Notes: generated by a model from the sequence alone, not told the origin. Positions 8,134 through 18,026 are shown, counted from the stretch's first letter. The stretch is DNA of 64,000 nt from an uncultured Candidatus Saccharibacteria bacterium (GCA_965231045.1 OZ246406.1:180295-244294), one strand, 5' to 3'. A program made the numbers and translations.

Positions 8134-8649
8134 CTAAAGCCCGAGTATATCTTTAATGTACTCAGGGGTTACTTTAGTACCATCAACTTCTATTGCTGAT
8201 TCATCTTCTCGAGGCTCTTCTAAGTTTCTACTAACACGTTCAAAAGTATCTTCTGGCATGTTACCTAGAACGCGCGTGTGTTGTGTGTGGGCATCGGCAG
8301 TAGCACGCTTTTTAGCTAATTCTTTAGGAGTTGTAACCCAAAGTAGAACGGATTTGGCGCCATGTTTTTTGGCAATTTGCCTAAGATGTTCACGATCACG
8401 ATAAAAATTGAAATTCGTATCAAATATCACACTTTGTCCAGCTTCTAAAAGTTGCTCGGTAACATTGTTTAAATATTCATATAACTTAAGATTTTCTTCA
8501 TGAGAATAAGTAGGATTGCCGATTGACTCGCGCCTAACAGCATCGGCCCACAAGTGCACTGCGCCAGTTAGTTCATGAATTACTTTTGAGGTTGTTGTCT
8601 TACCCGAACCAGGATATCCAAGCATAAGGTACAGGGTGGGTTGATTCAT
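8134..8649 (-). CDS. P-loop kinase (AAA_33-like), paralog 2
   Basis: Walker A GYPGSGKTT. Start taken at MNQPTLY (8649). It ends 2 nt before the nuclease gene start. Confidence 0.7.
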   Translation of the reverse strand: MNQPTLYLMLGYPGSGKTTTSKVIHELTGAVHLWADAVRRESIGNPTYSHEENLKLYEYLNNVTEQLLEAGQSVIFDTNFNFYRDREHLRQIAKKHGAKSVLLWVTTPKELAKKRATADAHTQHTRVLGNMPEDTFERVSRNLEEPREDESAIEVDGTKVTPEYIKDILGL

Positions 8650-8693
8650 GACCTTAAGACTACCCCTTTTATACAAAAAAGTCACCATGTATT

Positions 8694-9362
8694 ATGATGA
8701 GGCTAATGACCGAGAAACTATTCATAACCCGTAAACGCAAGAAGTGGAAGTTCCACCACTTTAATCAATGGCCAAACTGTTGGCAGGCTGATGAAATTAT
8801 GCCAAAAGTAATTAGTGATTTTGTTACGAATAAAAAATTAACCATCGAAATCGGTGCCGGTACGGCAGACCTGAGTTTAGAGCTAGCCAGACGTTATCCT
8901 GATGAATGTTTTATTGCTTGTGATCTTAAATCTGATCGATTGTATACTGGCGCCAAGCAAGCATTGGCCGAAAAAGTTGATAACATTAGGTTCTTACGCG
9001 TTTTTATCGAAAAAATTAACGATACATTTCCTAAAAATTGCGCTGACACGATTTGGATTACCTTCCCTGATCCATATCCCAGAAAAGGTGCAGCTAAACA
9101 CCGATTAACTCACCCCAACTTTTTAAAAATGTATGAACGTATGTTAAACCCGGGTGGTCACATAAATTTCAAAACAGATAACCAAAAATTATTTGAATGG
9201 TCTGTTGAGCAGTTCAAGAAAAATAAGTGGGAAAAGCTTGATTATACAAGAGACTTACAGGGATCTACTCTTGGTGATGATAATAAGATCACCACTACAT
9301 TTGAGCGTCGATTTATGGAGCAAGGTTTACCAATTTATTTTGCTAAATTTAGCAAATCTTAA
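8694..9362 (+). CDS. trmB: tRNA (guanine46-N7)-methyltransferase
   Basis: SAM motif IEIGAGTADLS, FPDPYPRKGAAKHRL and FKTDN. Confidence 0.85.
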   Translation: MMRLMTEKLFITRKRKKWKFHHFNQWPNCWQADEIMPKVISDFVTNKKLTIEIGAGTADLSLELARRYPDECFIACDLKSDRLYTGAKQALAEKVDNIRFLRVFIEKINDTFPKNCADTIWITFPDPYPRKGAAKHRLTHPNFLKMYERMLNPGGHINFKTDNQKLFEWSVEQFKKNKWEKLDYTRDLQGSTLGDDNKITTTFERRFMEQGLPIYFAKFSKS

Positions 9363-10981
9363 TTGCCTCCGGAATGACCCTTTGTTTTTACTAGGTCGTT
9401 CTTATGACCAACATCAATAATTGCTATACAAAACTCCCCATTTTCATCGCGATAAGGGACGAAGTCGATACGAGTATTGCGCCCAGTGTCACCAATCGTT
9501 AAGCCAGTACGCTTGTTAGGGTTTAGGTGCCACTTGGAATATTGTTTATGATGCCGGTCACTAATTTCCAATGAGACATTGCGAGCATTAAGTTTATTAG
9601 CACCATTGCCATACGGCTCACTTAGTAATGACTCAAGCATAGCAACTACATCATCTTCGATCTTTGGATCTGAACGTCCTTTTAGGTAGCTCTTAACCTG
9701 TGGTATATCAAGCAGAATATCTCTGATTGGACGTTCATCCTCATCGATTAACAAAGTGTCACTAGTAATAAATCCGCGTGTTCCTAGGCTCCAGCTTGCA
9801 ATTGCAGTAACTTTTCGCTCATCTTCTTTTGCCTCTTCTGGTAAAAATGAATCAGGGCGGCTTTTAATTGAACTTCTACTGTTTTGACGACGATTGGCCT
9901 TGCGAGATTCCGTGTTCGGTTTGCCGTCTGCGCGAGACATACCATTATCTAGCATTACAGTGATGTCATCCGGATCAATAAAGAAATCCTTTGTATCAAC
10001 ATGCGGGCGCAATAGCTCTTTGTAGGCATTATGAATCGCCCTGAGTAGTTCTTCATGAGCCGAGACTAGTTTTAGTCTCAATGGTTCTGGCCATTCTTCA
10101 AATGTAATACCCGCAAAATAGTCGCCAATTGAATCTGCTCCCACTAATTCATTCCTAACAAAATTAACCCATTCGATGTTTTCTGTACCAATTGTCTCAA
10201 TTGCAAATTGCCGGACCTCGTCATCTTCACTAAAACATTGATTAATAAAATCACAAAAAACGCCGACATAATGTTCAGGCTTTTCTGACAGATCTGCAAG
10301 TCGATTTTCAACAAGATTTTCGGCAAAAGGATCAAACATATTTTTTGCAAAAAACCGTAAGAATGGTTTGTACTCATCTATATCAAATTGTTCGGAGCCA
10401 ATATATGACAAAAGCTCTACTATGTTTTGTGGATCAAGCCCCAAGAACAGCCTAAGGTCGTTGTATAATTCTTTCTCGGCTTCGCAAATATCTTTTTGAG
10501 CTTCGAATACCTTTACCCAACTATCAGCTTCGTAACGTACTATTGGTAGTTCGTTCTCATCGTTAGCTATTGCAAAGTAATGTGCATAGGTGTTCTTGAT
10601 CTTGTCGCGAACATTATGAGGGTCATCATTGCTATCAATATTTTCATCAAAAATAGAATAAGCCTGAGCAGATGCTCGACCAAACACAACTAGTGGCTTA
10701 GTTTCCTTTTTAGTATTTGTTATTTTTCGTTTAAATTGTCGGGCTTCATCACGATTCTGAGGTGCTTCGGTCATACCCAGAGTATCTAAGACGACCATAG
10801 TTAGCCGATCTTCATTTAATACTGAGGTTGTTAAATCACGAAGGTGTCTTATTGCAGTACCAAACTTTTGTGTACTATCACCAATTTGCTCAAAAAAGAC
10901 CTCTACTGGCTTGTCTGATGTAGCAAGTCTATGTTCAGCGAGTTCACCTGCACCAAGTCTAACTTCTGTTTCATCTGGCAT
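9359..10981 (-). CDS. Large acidic hypothetical protein (540 aa), possible RelE/ParE-like C-terminal fold
   Basis: Long intact ORF with no TM. The C-terminal RIDFVPYRDENGEFCIAIIDVGHKND resembles the RiiY...v.il.igHRkd signature of ParE/RelE toxins (weak, by eye). Confidence 0.6.
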   Translation of the reverse strand: MPDETEVRLGAGELAEHRLATSDKPVEVFFEQIGDSTQKFGTAIRHLRDLTTSVLNEDRLTMVVLDTLGMTEAPQNRDEARQFKRKITNTKKETKPLVVFGRASAQAYSIFDENIDSNDDPHNVRDKIKNTYAHYFAIANDENELPIVRYEADSWVKVFEAQKDICEAEKELYNDLRLFLGLDPQNIVELLSYIGSEQFDIDEYKPFLRFFAKNMFDPFAENLVENRLADLSEKPEHYVGVFCDFINQCFSEDDEVRQFAIETIGTENIEWVNFVRNELVGADSIGDYFAGITFEEWPEPLRLKLVSAHEELLRAIHNAYKELLRPHVDTKDFFIDPDDITVMLDNGMSRADGKPNTESRKANRRQNSRSSIKSRPDSFLPEEAKEDERKVTAIASWSLGTRGFITSDTLLIDEDERPIRDILLDIPQVKSYLKGRSDPKIEDDVVAMLESLLSEPYGNGANKLNARNVSLEISDRHHKQYSKWHLNPNKRTGLTIGDTGRNTRIDFVPYRDENGEFCIAIIDVGHKNDLVKTKGHSGGN

Positions 10982-11020
10982 AAAACAAACAATACCATAA
11001 AACTGTCTAAAAAGCTATTT

Positions 11021-11590
11021 TTAGTAGTCAATTCCTTTATTAGCAAGATACTTGTCGTCGAAATGGTGTTTGATCTTCGTCATATTAGTTGCGATGTCAG
11101 TAAGTGGCAAAAACTCCTCAGGAAAGTCTCGGCCCGTAAGACATAAGCTAGTATTGCTAGCTTTATCAGTGATAAGTTTTTTAAGTTTAGATTTCGGGAT
11201 CAATCCGTTATTAACAGCATTATTAATTTCATCACAGATAACTAGGTCGAATTTGCCACTGGTAGCAGCTTTGTAAGCTTCTTGATAGGTTTCTTCAGCA
11301 GCCTGTTTGTGTTCTTTTTCACTTACACCCTTGGCGCTCAGTTTTCCGGCATTATAAAAACCTTTACCACCTTTGAAAAAGTATAGTTTTTTACCAAATA
11401 AGGGCTGAACTTTAGCTATAAATCGGTGCTCGCCAACATCCCAGTGTTTGATAAATTGAATAAAAGCGACTGACCAATCGGTACCAAGAGCTCGGGTCAT
11501 AAGACCCATGCTAGCGCTAGTTTTACCCTTCCCTTCGCCAGTGTAAACCACTACAACTGCTTCTTTTTGTTTGAAATCCTCAAAAGTCAT
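11021..11590 (-). CDS. ATP:cob(I)alamin adenosyltransferase (CobA/CobO/BtuR type)
   Basis: VYTGEGKGKTSA P-loop, FIQFIK, LVICDEIN, LTGR and C-terminal KGIDY closely parallel E. coli BtuR. Confidence 0.85.
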   Translation of the reverse strand: MTFEDFKQKEAVVVVYTGEGKGKTSASMGLMTRALGTDWSVAFIQFIKHWDVGEHRFIAKVQPLFGKKLYFFKGGKGFYNAGKLSAKGVSEKEHKQAAEETYQEAYKAATSGKFDLVICDEINNAVNNGLIPKSKLKKLITDKASNTSLCLTGRDFPEEFLPLTDIATNMTKIKHHFDDKYLANKGIDY

Positions 11591-11625
11591 TATTTTATGA
11601 TAACTATGATTTGGTAAGACAACAA

Positions 11626-12108
11626 CTATATTCGTTTCTCAACCACACATTGCGCAACAGCGTACTTGCCAAATCGCTCGCTCAGCTCGCAGGTGGTTTC
11701 GAACATAGTGTTGTACCGATCATCTAGATATCTACGGAGACCTGAATAGGCTTGTGAGATTGCTGAGTTTAAAGGGATCGTATCGGCTATAAGTTCATCT
11801 ATATCATGAGATTGATCAGTCGCTAGCAGCCTAGTATATTCATGACCTCTTTTTGCAAGCAGCTCTTCCATGTCAATATCCACAGTTTCGCCCATGCTCC
11901 TAAGTAATTGCCTGAATAAATCTAAGGGTGATGTATCGACTCGCAAAGTCTTGGTTGGGTCGGGGTTCATGACGGCCCGATTAAAGAAATTATTTCGGTC
12001 AAATTCTGGATCAATCTGGCCATGAAATACTGGGGTTGCTAGGACGGCAAGCCTATTTTTGGCCGGAACAAGTTGTTCAAGTTTCTCAGGCTTGTGGTTT
12101 GTAGCCAT
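11626..12108 (-). CDS. hypothetical protein, 160 aa
   Basis: GGAGG Shine-Dalgarno 5 nt before the ATG at 12108. The longer ORF (to 12180) would run through a terminator hairpin. Confidence 0.55.
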   Translation of the reverse strand: MATNHKPEKLEQLVPAKNRLAVLATPVFHGQIDPEFDRNNFFNRAVMNPDPTKTLRVDTSPLDLFRQLLRSMGETVDIDMEELLAKRGHEYTRLLATDQSHDIDELIADTIPLNSAISQAYSGLRRYLDDRYNTMFETTCELSERFGKYAVAQCVVEKRI

Positions 12109-12136
12109 TTTCGCCTCCATACTGGCCAAAATTGAT

Positions 12137-12157
12137 AAAAAAAGGCCCTTTGAGGCC
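12137..12157 (-). terminator. Rho-independent terminator downstream of the glutaredoxin-like gene
   Basis: The minus strand reads GGCCUCAAAGGGCC followed by U7. Confidence 0.5.
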
Positions 12158-12268
12158 ATTTGTTTTTGTTGAAAACTCAAGTTTGAATTGGTATTTAAGT
12201 ATTTTCATACTAACTCCCACCTAACATTATAGTGGAATATTACACCCGTGCAACAGATGTGAGAAATA

Positions 12269-12499
12269 TCACACTTTGGCTAGGCGGGCATCAATTTGAT
12301 GGCGGTCAAAACCTACGATAATCGCGCCATCCATGTCAATTACTGGCACGGCCAACTGACCAGTGTTCTCAAGTACCCACTGTGTTGCGGCCTGATCTTT
12401 GGTTAGATCTTTTTCTTCATACTTAACGTTCTTTTGTCGAAAGTACTCTTTAACGGCATGACAAAAAACGCAAGTCGGAGTTGTATAAACAGTGATCAT
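12269..12499 (-). CDS. Glutaredoxin-like protein (NrdH/Grx family)
   Basis: 76 aa. Redox motif TPTCVFCH and VPVI...G thioredoxin-fold signature. Confidence 0.8.
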   Translation of the reverse strand: MITVYTTPTCVFCHAVKEYFRQKNVKYEEKDLTKDQAATQWVLENTGQLAVPVIDMDGAIIVGFDRHQIDARLAKV

Positions 12500-12708
12500 T
12501 AGTCTTCCTTTATCTTATCTTTAGCGATTTGGGTTCGATTTTGCAAAATGCGTTTCACCACAGTAATTCCTAAAATTATACTTAGAACAATTGGTGAAAA
12601 GCTAACCATATAATGAATAATGAATTGCCATTGACTCTCAAAGTGATGAGCTCCAAATAAATGTCCAAAATTCATACTTATATTGTAGCACAAAATCACA
12701 TCTACCAT
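12499..12708 (-). CDS. small hypothetical membrane protein
   Basis: One clear hydrophobic helix (FSPIVLSIILGITVV). The stop overlaps the start of the downstream gene. The start is uncertain (an alternative ATG lies at 12675). Confidence 0.4.
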   Translation of the reverse strand: MVDVILCYNISMNFGHLFGAHHFESQWQFIIHYMVSFSPIVLSIILGITVVKRILQNRTQIAKDKIKED

Positions 12709-12735
12709 TAGCGCAATTTATCTCTATAAAAAGGC

Positions 12736-12765
12736 TTGCAGCTATAGAGGTCAATTTGATATACT
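12736..12765 (+). promoter_or_regulatory. Candidate sigma70-type promoter of the atp operon
   Basis: TTGCAG (12736-12741), 18-nt spacer, TATACT (12760-12765). Confidence 0.45.
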
Positions 12766-12852
12766 AAGAGGCGAAAATGAAACAAGCCGCCGCCGGGACT
12801 ATGACGACGACTCTCTTAAAACGGAGTGAACCTATCCATAAAGGACAACAAT

Positions 12853-13734
12853 ATGGGTGCTAGTTTATTGCGCATGTTTGCCGCTCCAGAAATTCATGTC
12901 AGCCTTAGAGCCCAGGAGATCTTTACAGTCGGCCCTCTTCATGTAACCAACTCGATGATCTACGGGCTAATTTGCTCAATCTTCATAGTTATATTGATGA
13001 TATCCCTAGCACGCCGTATAACGGTCATACCTAAAAAAGGTTTCTTTACTGGTATTGCCGAGAGTATGGTGGAGTTTGTTATTAATCTTTTGGAAGGACC
13101 GCTCGGCAGTCGTGAGCAAGCTGCAAAATATACACCTATCTTTGGCGTTTACTTTATCTTCATTATCTTCTCTAACCTATTAGAGCTAGTGCCGTGGGTT
13201 GGCGAAGGTTTGTATCGTACGGCTGCTGGTGGAATGAAAGAAGCGTTGTTCCGCCCTTTCACGGCAGATCTTAACGGTACAATTGCCCTAGCTGTTATAG
13301 CTATTGTTACGGTGCAAATTTTAAGTATTAAAGAGCAAGGCGCTAAAAAGCACTTGCAACATTATTTCAGCGATAAACCCCAACAGCCAATTAACTTTTT
13401 TATTGGAATCCTAGAAGTATTTGGTGAGTTTACGCGTATCCTAAGCCTTAGCCTTCGACTCTTTCTGAATACGGCAGTTGGCGAGATTTTAATTACTGTG
13501 TTTACGTCTCTGATTTTGAGTGAGGGCCGTACGCCGCTGGCTGTTATTCCGATTTTTATGTTCGAAGCATTAGTTGCTGGTATCCAAGCATACGTATTTA
13601 CCGTACTTAGCGCGACATACCTAGGGCTGGCAATTGCCCACGCGCACGATCACGATGACCATCAAAACACCCCCAATAAACAGGTCGAAACTGGGGTTAA
13701 AAGGATGGCAGAACCATTACAAGGTAAAAATTAA
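12853..13734 (+). CDS. atpB: F0F1 ATP synthase subunit a
   Basis: Multi-TM protein. The conserved LSLSLRLFLN motif carries the essential Arg. AAGGA lies 9 nt before the ATG at 12853 (a GTG at 12826 is an alternative). Confidence 0.9.
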   Translation: MGASLLRMFAAPEIHVSLRAQEIFTVGPLHVTNSMIYGLICSIFIVILMISLARRITVIPKKGFFTGIAESMVEFVINLLEGPLGSREQAAKYTPIFGVYFIFIIFSNLLELVPWVGEGLYRTAAGGMKEALFRPFTADLNGTIALAVIAIVTVQILSIKEQGAKKHLQHYFSDKPQQPINFFIGILEVFGEFTRILSLSLRLFLNTAVGEILITVFTSLILSEGRTPLAVIPIFMFEALVAGIQAYVFTVLSATYLGLAIAHAHDHDDHQNTPNKQVETGVKRMAEPLQGKN

Positions 13735-13776
13735 ATCATCAGGGGTCTATAATATAGGCACCTGGGAAGGAGAACT

Positions 13777-14022
13777 ATGGTTCCATTAACATTTGCCGAA
13801 GCTGCTACAAGCAGCACGCCTATCATGGCTAAAGCTATTATGCTTGCTGTTGCACTAGGTATGGCAGCGTTTAGCCTTGGTTGGCTTGGCGCAAACTACA
13901 TGAAGGCTTTGGGACGTAACCCAGAAGCTGGAAAAGCCGCAGGTCAGATCATCATTATTGCAGCGATGATCGAAGTTACTGCATTGTTAGCGTTCCTATT
14001 AGGCGCTTTCTTATTGTCATAA
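13777..14022 (+). CDS. atpE: F0F1 ATP synthase subunit c
   Basis: 81-aa hairpin protein with an RNPEA loop and the carboxylate in AMIEVTAL. AAGGAG Shine-Dalgarno. Confidence 0.9.
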   Translation: MVPLTFAEAATSSTPIMAKAIMLAVALGMAAFSLGWLGANYMKALGRNPEAGKAAGQIIIIAAMIEVTALLAFLLGAFLLS

Positions 14023-14041
14023 GATTAAAGAGGAGTAAAAC

Positions 14042-14590
14042 GTGCTAGAAGTTGTTAATTTACTAAGATTTATGGGTTCCGGGGCTGAACAGCCTGCCGG
14101 TATTGCCGCATTAGGAATTGACCCACTTGCCATCTTGGCCCAAGCTGGCACGTTTTTGGTCCTCTTTTTCTTGCTTAAGAAATTTGCCCTAAAAGGTATT
14201 GTTGAAACATTAGAAAAACGTCGTAAGACAATTGATGATGGGGTTCGACTTGGTATGGAGATGGAAGCCGAAAAAGCTAAGCTCGACGAACAAGTTGAAG
14301 TTATCATTCATAAGGCACGTGTAGAAGCTGATAAAATCATTGCTCAAGCTCACGAGGAGTCGAGCGGGATTATTAAAGAAGCTGAAGACAAAGCTGTGCA
14401 AAAGGTCAATGTTATGATTGCTGATGCTCATAACAAGATTGATGGCGATATTAAGCAAGCTCGAAAATCTCTTGAGCGTGAGACTTTGCGCTTGGTAGCC
14501 GATGCTACCGAAATGATTATTAAGGAGCGACTTGATGTCAGTAAGGATGCAAAATTGATCGAGACTGCTTTGCAGGAGGTTGGAAGATAG
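14042..14590 (+). CDS. atpF: F0F1 ATP synthase subunit b
   Basis: GTG start after GAGGAG. One N-terminal TM followed by a long charged helix. Position in the operon supports the call. Confidence 0.85.
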   Translation: MLEVVNLLRFMGSGAEQPAGIAALGIDPLAILAQAGTFLVLFFLLKKFALKGIVETLEKRRKTIDDGVRLGMEMEAEKAKLDEQVEVIIHKARVEADKIIAQAHEESSGIIKEAEDKAVQKVNVMIADAHNKIDGDIKQARKSLERETLRLVADATEMIIKERLDVSKDAKLIETALQEVGR

Positions 14591-14982
14591 TGGCTAGCCC
14601 TACTCGTACAGAATTATCAAAAGCCTTACTAAGTGTCATTAATAAAACTAATGATCAGCAGAAGCTAGCTAAGGCTATAGCTCACTATTTAAGTGAGAAG
14701 CGACAGACGCGTGAGCTAGATGCCGTTATGCGTGACGTCGCAAGACTACGTGCCGAAAAAGGCATAATAGAGGCGACGGTCATAAGTGCCTTCCCTCTAA
14801 ATGAAACATTGAAACGTGACATTCGTTCACTAATTGCCAAGGAACAAAAGACTGAAAAGATCATAATCAATGAGGTTATTGACCCATCAGTACTTGGCGG
14901 AATACGCATTGAAACTGGTGAGCAACAGTTGGATGTTACGGTTCAAGCTAAATTACACCGATTAAAAAGAGCAATTGCCTAA
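14590..14982 (+). CDS. atpH: F0F1 ATP synthase subunit delta (short form, 130 aa)
   Basis: Operon position. C-terminal VIDPSVLGGIRIETGEQQLDVTV matches the OSCP/delta signature. The GTG start overlaps the atpF stop by 1 nt. Confidence 0.7.
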   Translation: MASPTRTELSKALLSVINKTNDQQKLAKAIAHYLSEKRQTRELDAVMRDVARLRAEKGIIEATVISAFPLNETLKRDIRSLIAKEQKTEKIIINEVIDPSVLGGIRIETGEQQLDVTVQAKLHRLKRAIA

Positions 14983-15000
14983 AGAACAAGGAGAACATGA

Positions 15001-16533
15001 ATGGCAGAATTATCCGTTAAAGAACTAAGCGCAGACATTAAGAAAGCTATCGATGACCTAAAAGGTAGTAGCCAGCTAGAAAACGTTGGTATTGTTACTC
15101 GAGTTGGTGATGGTATCGCCTGGATATATGGTTTGAGCCAGGCCGGCTTTAACGAAATGCTCGAGATTGAGGCTACCGATGGTGGAAGTGTTACAGCTTT
15201 CGCGCTAAACCTCATGGAAGATGAGATTGGTGCCGTTCTTCTAGGCGAAGACATTCGTGTTAAGGCTGGTGCTAAAGTTCGTTTAAGCGGAAAAGTTGTT
15301 GAAGTACCTGTTGGCCCGGAACTTGTCGGGCGTGTTGTCGATCCACTAGGTCGTCCGTTGGATGATAAGGGCCCAATTAAAACTAAAAATGTTGGCTTGA
15401 TTGAGCGCCCTGCCCCAGGTGTATTAGCCCGAAAAAGCGTCCATGAGCCACTCATGACAGGTCTTATGGCAATTGATTCAATGATTCCAATTGGTCGTGG
15501 TCAACGTGAGCTGATTATCGGTGACCGTCAGACTGGTAAAACGGCTATTGCGATTGACACGATGATCAACCAACATCGCCAAGGCACTGGTGTTATCAAT
15601 ATATATGTTGCTGTTGGGCAAAAACTTAGTAAAGTTGCCCGTATCGTTGAGCGACTTAAACGTGAAGGTGTCATGGACCAGACAATTGTTGTAGCTACTA
15701 GCGCATCCGACCCTGCTTCACTGCAATATCTTGCTCCCTATGCTGGAACGGCTATGGGCGAGTACTTCCGTGACAATGGCGAACATGCCTTGATTATTTA
15801 CGATGACCTTACCAAGCATGCCGCAGCCTATCGTCAGATGTCCCTCTTGCTTCGACGACCTCCAGGCCGTGAAGCCTATCCTGGTGATGTCTTCTATCTT
15901 CACTCTCGTCTTCTTGAGCGATCTGCAAAAATGAGCGACAAAGAAGGTGCTGGTAGCTTAACTGCACTACCGATTATTGAAACCCAGGCTGGTGATATTA
16001 GCGCTTACGTTCCGACTAACGTCATTTCTATTACCGATGGTCAGATCTTCATGGAAACAAACCTGTTTTACCAAGGTATTCGACCTGCTATTTCAGTTGG
16101 TTTGTCTGTTTCGCGTGTTGGTGGTTCAGCACAAACCAAAGCCGTAAAGAGCGTTGCTGGAACACTTCGCCTGAGTCTTGCTCAGTTCCGTGAACTTGCC
16201 GCTTTTGCTCAGTTCTCAACTGACCTCGACGAAGAAACTAAGCAACGAATTGAACGCGGACAACGATTAACTGAGCTACTAAAGCAGCCACAGTATTCAC
16301 CAATGAGCGTTTGGGAGCAAACTTCTATTCTATTGGCTGCGAACGAAGGTGCTTTTGATACTGTCCCTGTAAAACACATCAAAGCTGCTCAAGAGAGTCT
16401 GCTGACTCGTCTAAAACAAGATCATAAAAAGCTTATGAACACTCTTGATAAGGGCGATAAGCCAAGTGATGAAATGAAGAAAGCCATAGTAGATACTGCC
16501 AAGGACGTGGCAAAGAGTTATAAGGAAGATTAA
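15001..16533 (+). CDS. atpA: F0F1 ATP synthase subunit alpha
   Basis: Walker A GDRQTGKT and highly conserved alpha motifs throughout. Confidence 0.97.
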   Translation: MAELSVKELSADIKKAIDDLKGSSQLENVGIVTRVGDGIAWIYGLSQAGFNEMLEIEATDGGSVTAFALNLMEDEIGAVLLGEDIRVKAGAKVRLSGKVVEVPVGPELVGRVVDPLGRPLDDKGPIKTKNVGLIERPAPGVLARKSVHEPLMTGLMAIDSMIPIGRGQRELIIGDRQTGKTAIAIDTMINQHRQGTGVINIYVAVGQKLSKVARIVERLKREGVMDQTIVVATSASDPASLQYLAPYAGTAMGEYFRDNGEHALIIYDDLTKHAAAYRQMSLLLRRPPGREAYPGDVFYLHSRLLERSAKMSDKEGAGSLTALPIIETQAGDISAYVPTNVISITDGQIFMETNLFYQGIRPAISVGLSVSRVGGSAQTKAVKSVAGTLRLSLAQFRELAAFAQFSTDLDEETKQRIERGQRLTELLKQPQYSPMSVWEQTSILLAANEGAFDTVPVKHIKAAQESLLTRLKQDHKKLMNTLDKGDKPSDEMKKAIVDTAKDVAKSYKED

Positions 16534-16811
16534 TGAGTAACATTGGCGAAACAGCACCAGATATATTCATGGAACGAGCACGAAACATTGCAGCTGATGT
16601 GCTTGTCGCTCGTCGAGATGATTTTATGTCACTACGACAAAGCGCGGGTGATGTATTTGCTGGTGCTGTAGCTGCAGGCGCTGATTCTGATACAGCTCGT
16701 GAAATAGCTGTTCTTGTTCATACGACCTCAATGAGAGACAGAATTGCCTCACAAGGTGGTCTGTTGCTTGGTGCGCTAGCTTACTTTGAAACGAGGGGTA
16801 TCGATGGCTAG
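16533..16811 (+). CDS. hypothetical 92-aa protein inserted between atpA and atpG
   Basis: The ATG shares its A with the atpA stop (TAATG). AAGGAAG Shine-Dalgarno at 16522-16528. The ORF ends 8 nt inside atpG. No family recognised. Confidence 0.55.
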   Translation: MSNIGETAPDIFMERARNIAADVLVARRDDFMSLRQSAGDVFAGAVAAGADSDTAREIAVLVHTTSMRDRIASQGGLLLGALAYFETRGIDG

Positions 16812-17754
16812 TACTCAGCAGCTAAAAAGCCGTATTGGTAGCGTCAAGAACACCAAGCAAATTACTAAAGCTATGGAGTTGGTGGCGGCTAGTAAAATGC
16901 GACGGGCGCAAGATAATGCTGCTCGTTCTCGTGATTATCGAGATATGGCCAACCAGATCCTTACTCGTATCCGTGAATTAACAGACGTGTCAAAACATGT
17001 CTTGTTTGAACAAAGGCCATTAAAGACACGTTTACACATTGTCATATCAAGTGATCGAGGGCTTGCGGGCGCATATAACAATAACGTTTTTCGACAATTT
17101 GCGGCTGAATTACAAGAAGACAAAAAGAATAATGTAGCCAGTCAAGCTATCGTTGTCGGTAAACAAGCTGCACAATTTGCCGGTAAGTTAAGTGATTGTG
17201 AAGTCATTGCCGTATTTACTGACTTCCCTGATCGACCAACACCTAACGATATTCGCCCATTACTAAATACAATTGTTGACTTGTTTGTTGGCTTACCAGC
17301 CGCTCCAGACAAGGACGTTTGGTCTGAAGCCCAGGAATTAACCGACGTTGATGAAGGTCATCAAGGTCATTCCCAGCCTAAGGTTGATGCTGTCGACATT
17401 ATATATACTAATTTCTTAAGCAGTGTCCGTCAGGATGTAACATCGCAACGTTTGTTGCCTGCTGCTTTTCAAGAGGTTGAAATTACTAATGATCTTGAAT
17501 TAGCAGTATTTGAACCATCAGTAGAGCGAGTACTTGAAGGTACGGCGCTGCGACTTATTGAATCACAGTTGTCTCAAGCCTTTTTGGAAAGCCAAGCTAG
17601 CGAGCATTCTATGCGCATGATGGCGATGAAAAACGCAACCGATAACGCTAACGAGTTGATAGATGATCTTACACTTGAATTCAACACAGCACGACAGGCT
17701 GCTATTACCCAAGAGATTGCTGAGATTACTGGCGGCGCGGAGGCTATAAAATGA
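16804..17754 (+). CDS. atpG: F0F1 ATP synthase subunit gamma
   Basis: N-terminus MASTQQLKSRIGSVKNTKQITKAMELVAASKMRRAQ and C-terminal ITQEIAEITGGAEA. Start taken at 16804 after GAGGGG. Confidence 0.93.
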   Translation: MASTQQLKSRIGSVKNTKQITKAMELVAASKMRRAQDNAARSRDYRDMANQILTRIRELTDVSKHVLFEQRPLKTRLHIVISSDRGLAGAYNNNVFRQFAAELQEDKKNNVASQAIVVGKQAAQFAGKLSDCEVIAVFTDFPDRPTPNDIRPLLNTIVDLFVGLPAAPDKDVWSEAQELTDVDEGHQGHSQPKVDAVDIIYTNFLSSVRQDVTSQRLLPAAFQEVEITNDLELAVFEPSVERVLEGTALRLIESQLSQAFLESQASEHSMRMMAMKNATDNANELIDDLTLEFNTARQAAITQEIAEITGGAEAIK

Positions 17755-18026
17755 GCCATTTCAATATAAATGCTATTGAAGCAAAAGGCGCCGAATTGTC
17801 AGCTAATTTTGGCGGGCAATATGACCCCGAACTTATTGAACAACTTTCGTTCTATGTACTTGGCTCCAAAACACCTGAAGTACATACCCTGGACGTTATG
17901 GCTTCGGGGCTTTCATTTATCACACAAGAGCTATACCCACCTAATCGTGCCAGAGCAGTAAGCGATACCTTACTGGGCGACGAGGATTTCTGCAGAGCAA
18001 TAATAACCGCTAAACAACAATTCTAG
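17751..18026 (+). CDS. hypothetical 91-aa protein inserted between atpG and atpD
   Basis: ATGA overlap with the atpG stop. GGAGG at 17739-17743 (7-nt spacer). No family recognised. Confidence 0.55.
   Translation: MSHFNINAIEAKGAELSANFGGQYDPELIEQLSFYVLGSKTPEVHTLDVMASGLSFITQELYPPNRARAVSDTLLGDEDFCRAIITAKQQF

Noticed and set aside
13777-14022. Whether the c subunit indicates a Na+-translocating ATPase
   Set aside because: Aligning the RNPEA loop with the Ilyobacter c subunit puts Leu where the Na+-ligand Gln would be. The second helix has E-V-T rather than the E-S/T-T-x-x-Y set. There is no support for Na+ specificity.
14979-15455. 158-aa Ser/Pro/Thr-rich ORF antisense to atpA (similar antisense ORFs lie within atpF, atpH, atpG and atpD)
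   Set aside because: These are typical shadow ORFs opposite highly conserved genes. Their low-complexity composition mirrors the sense-strand codon bias.
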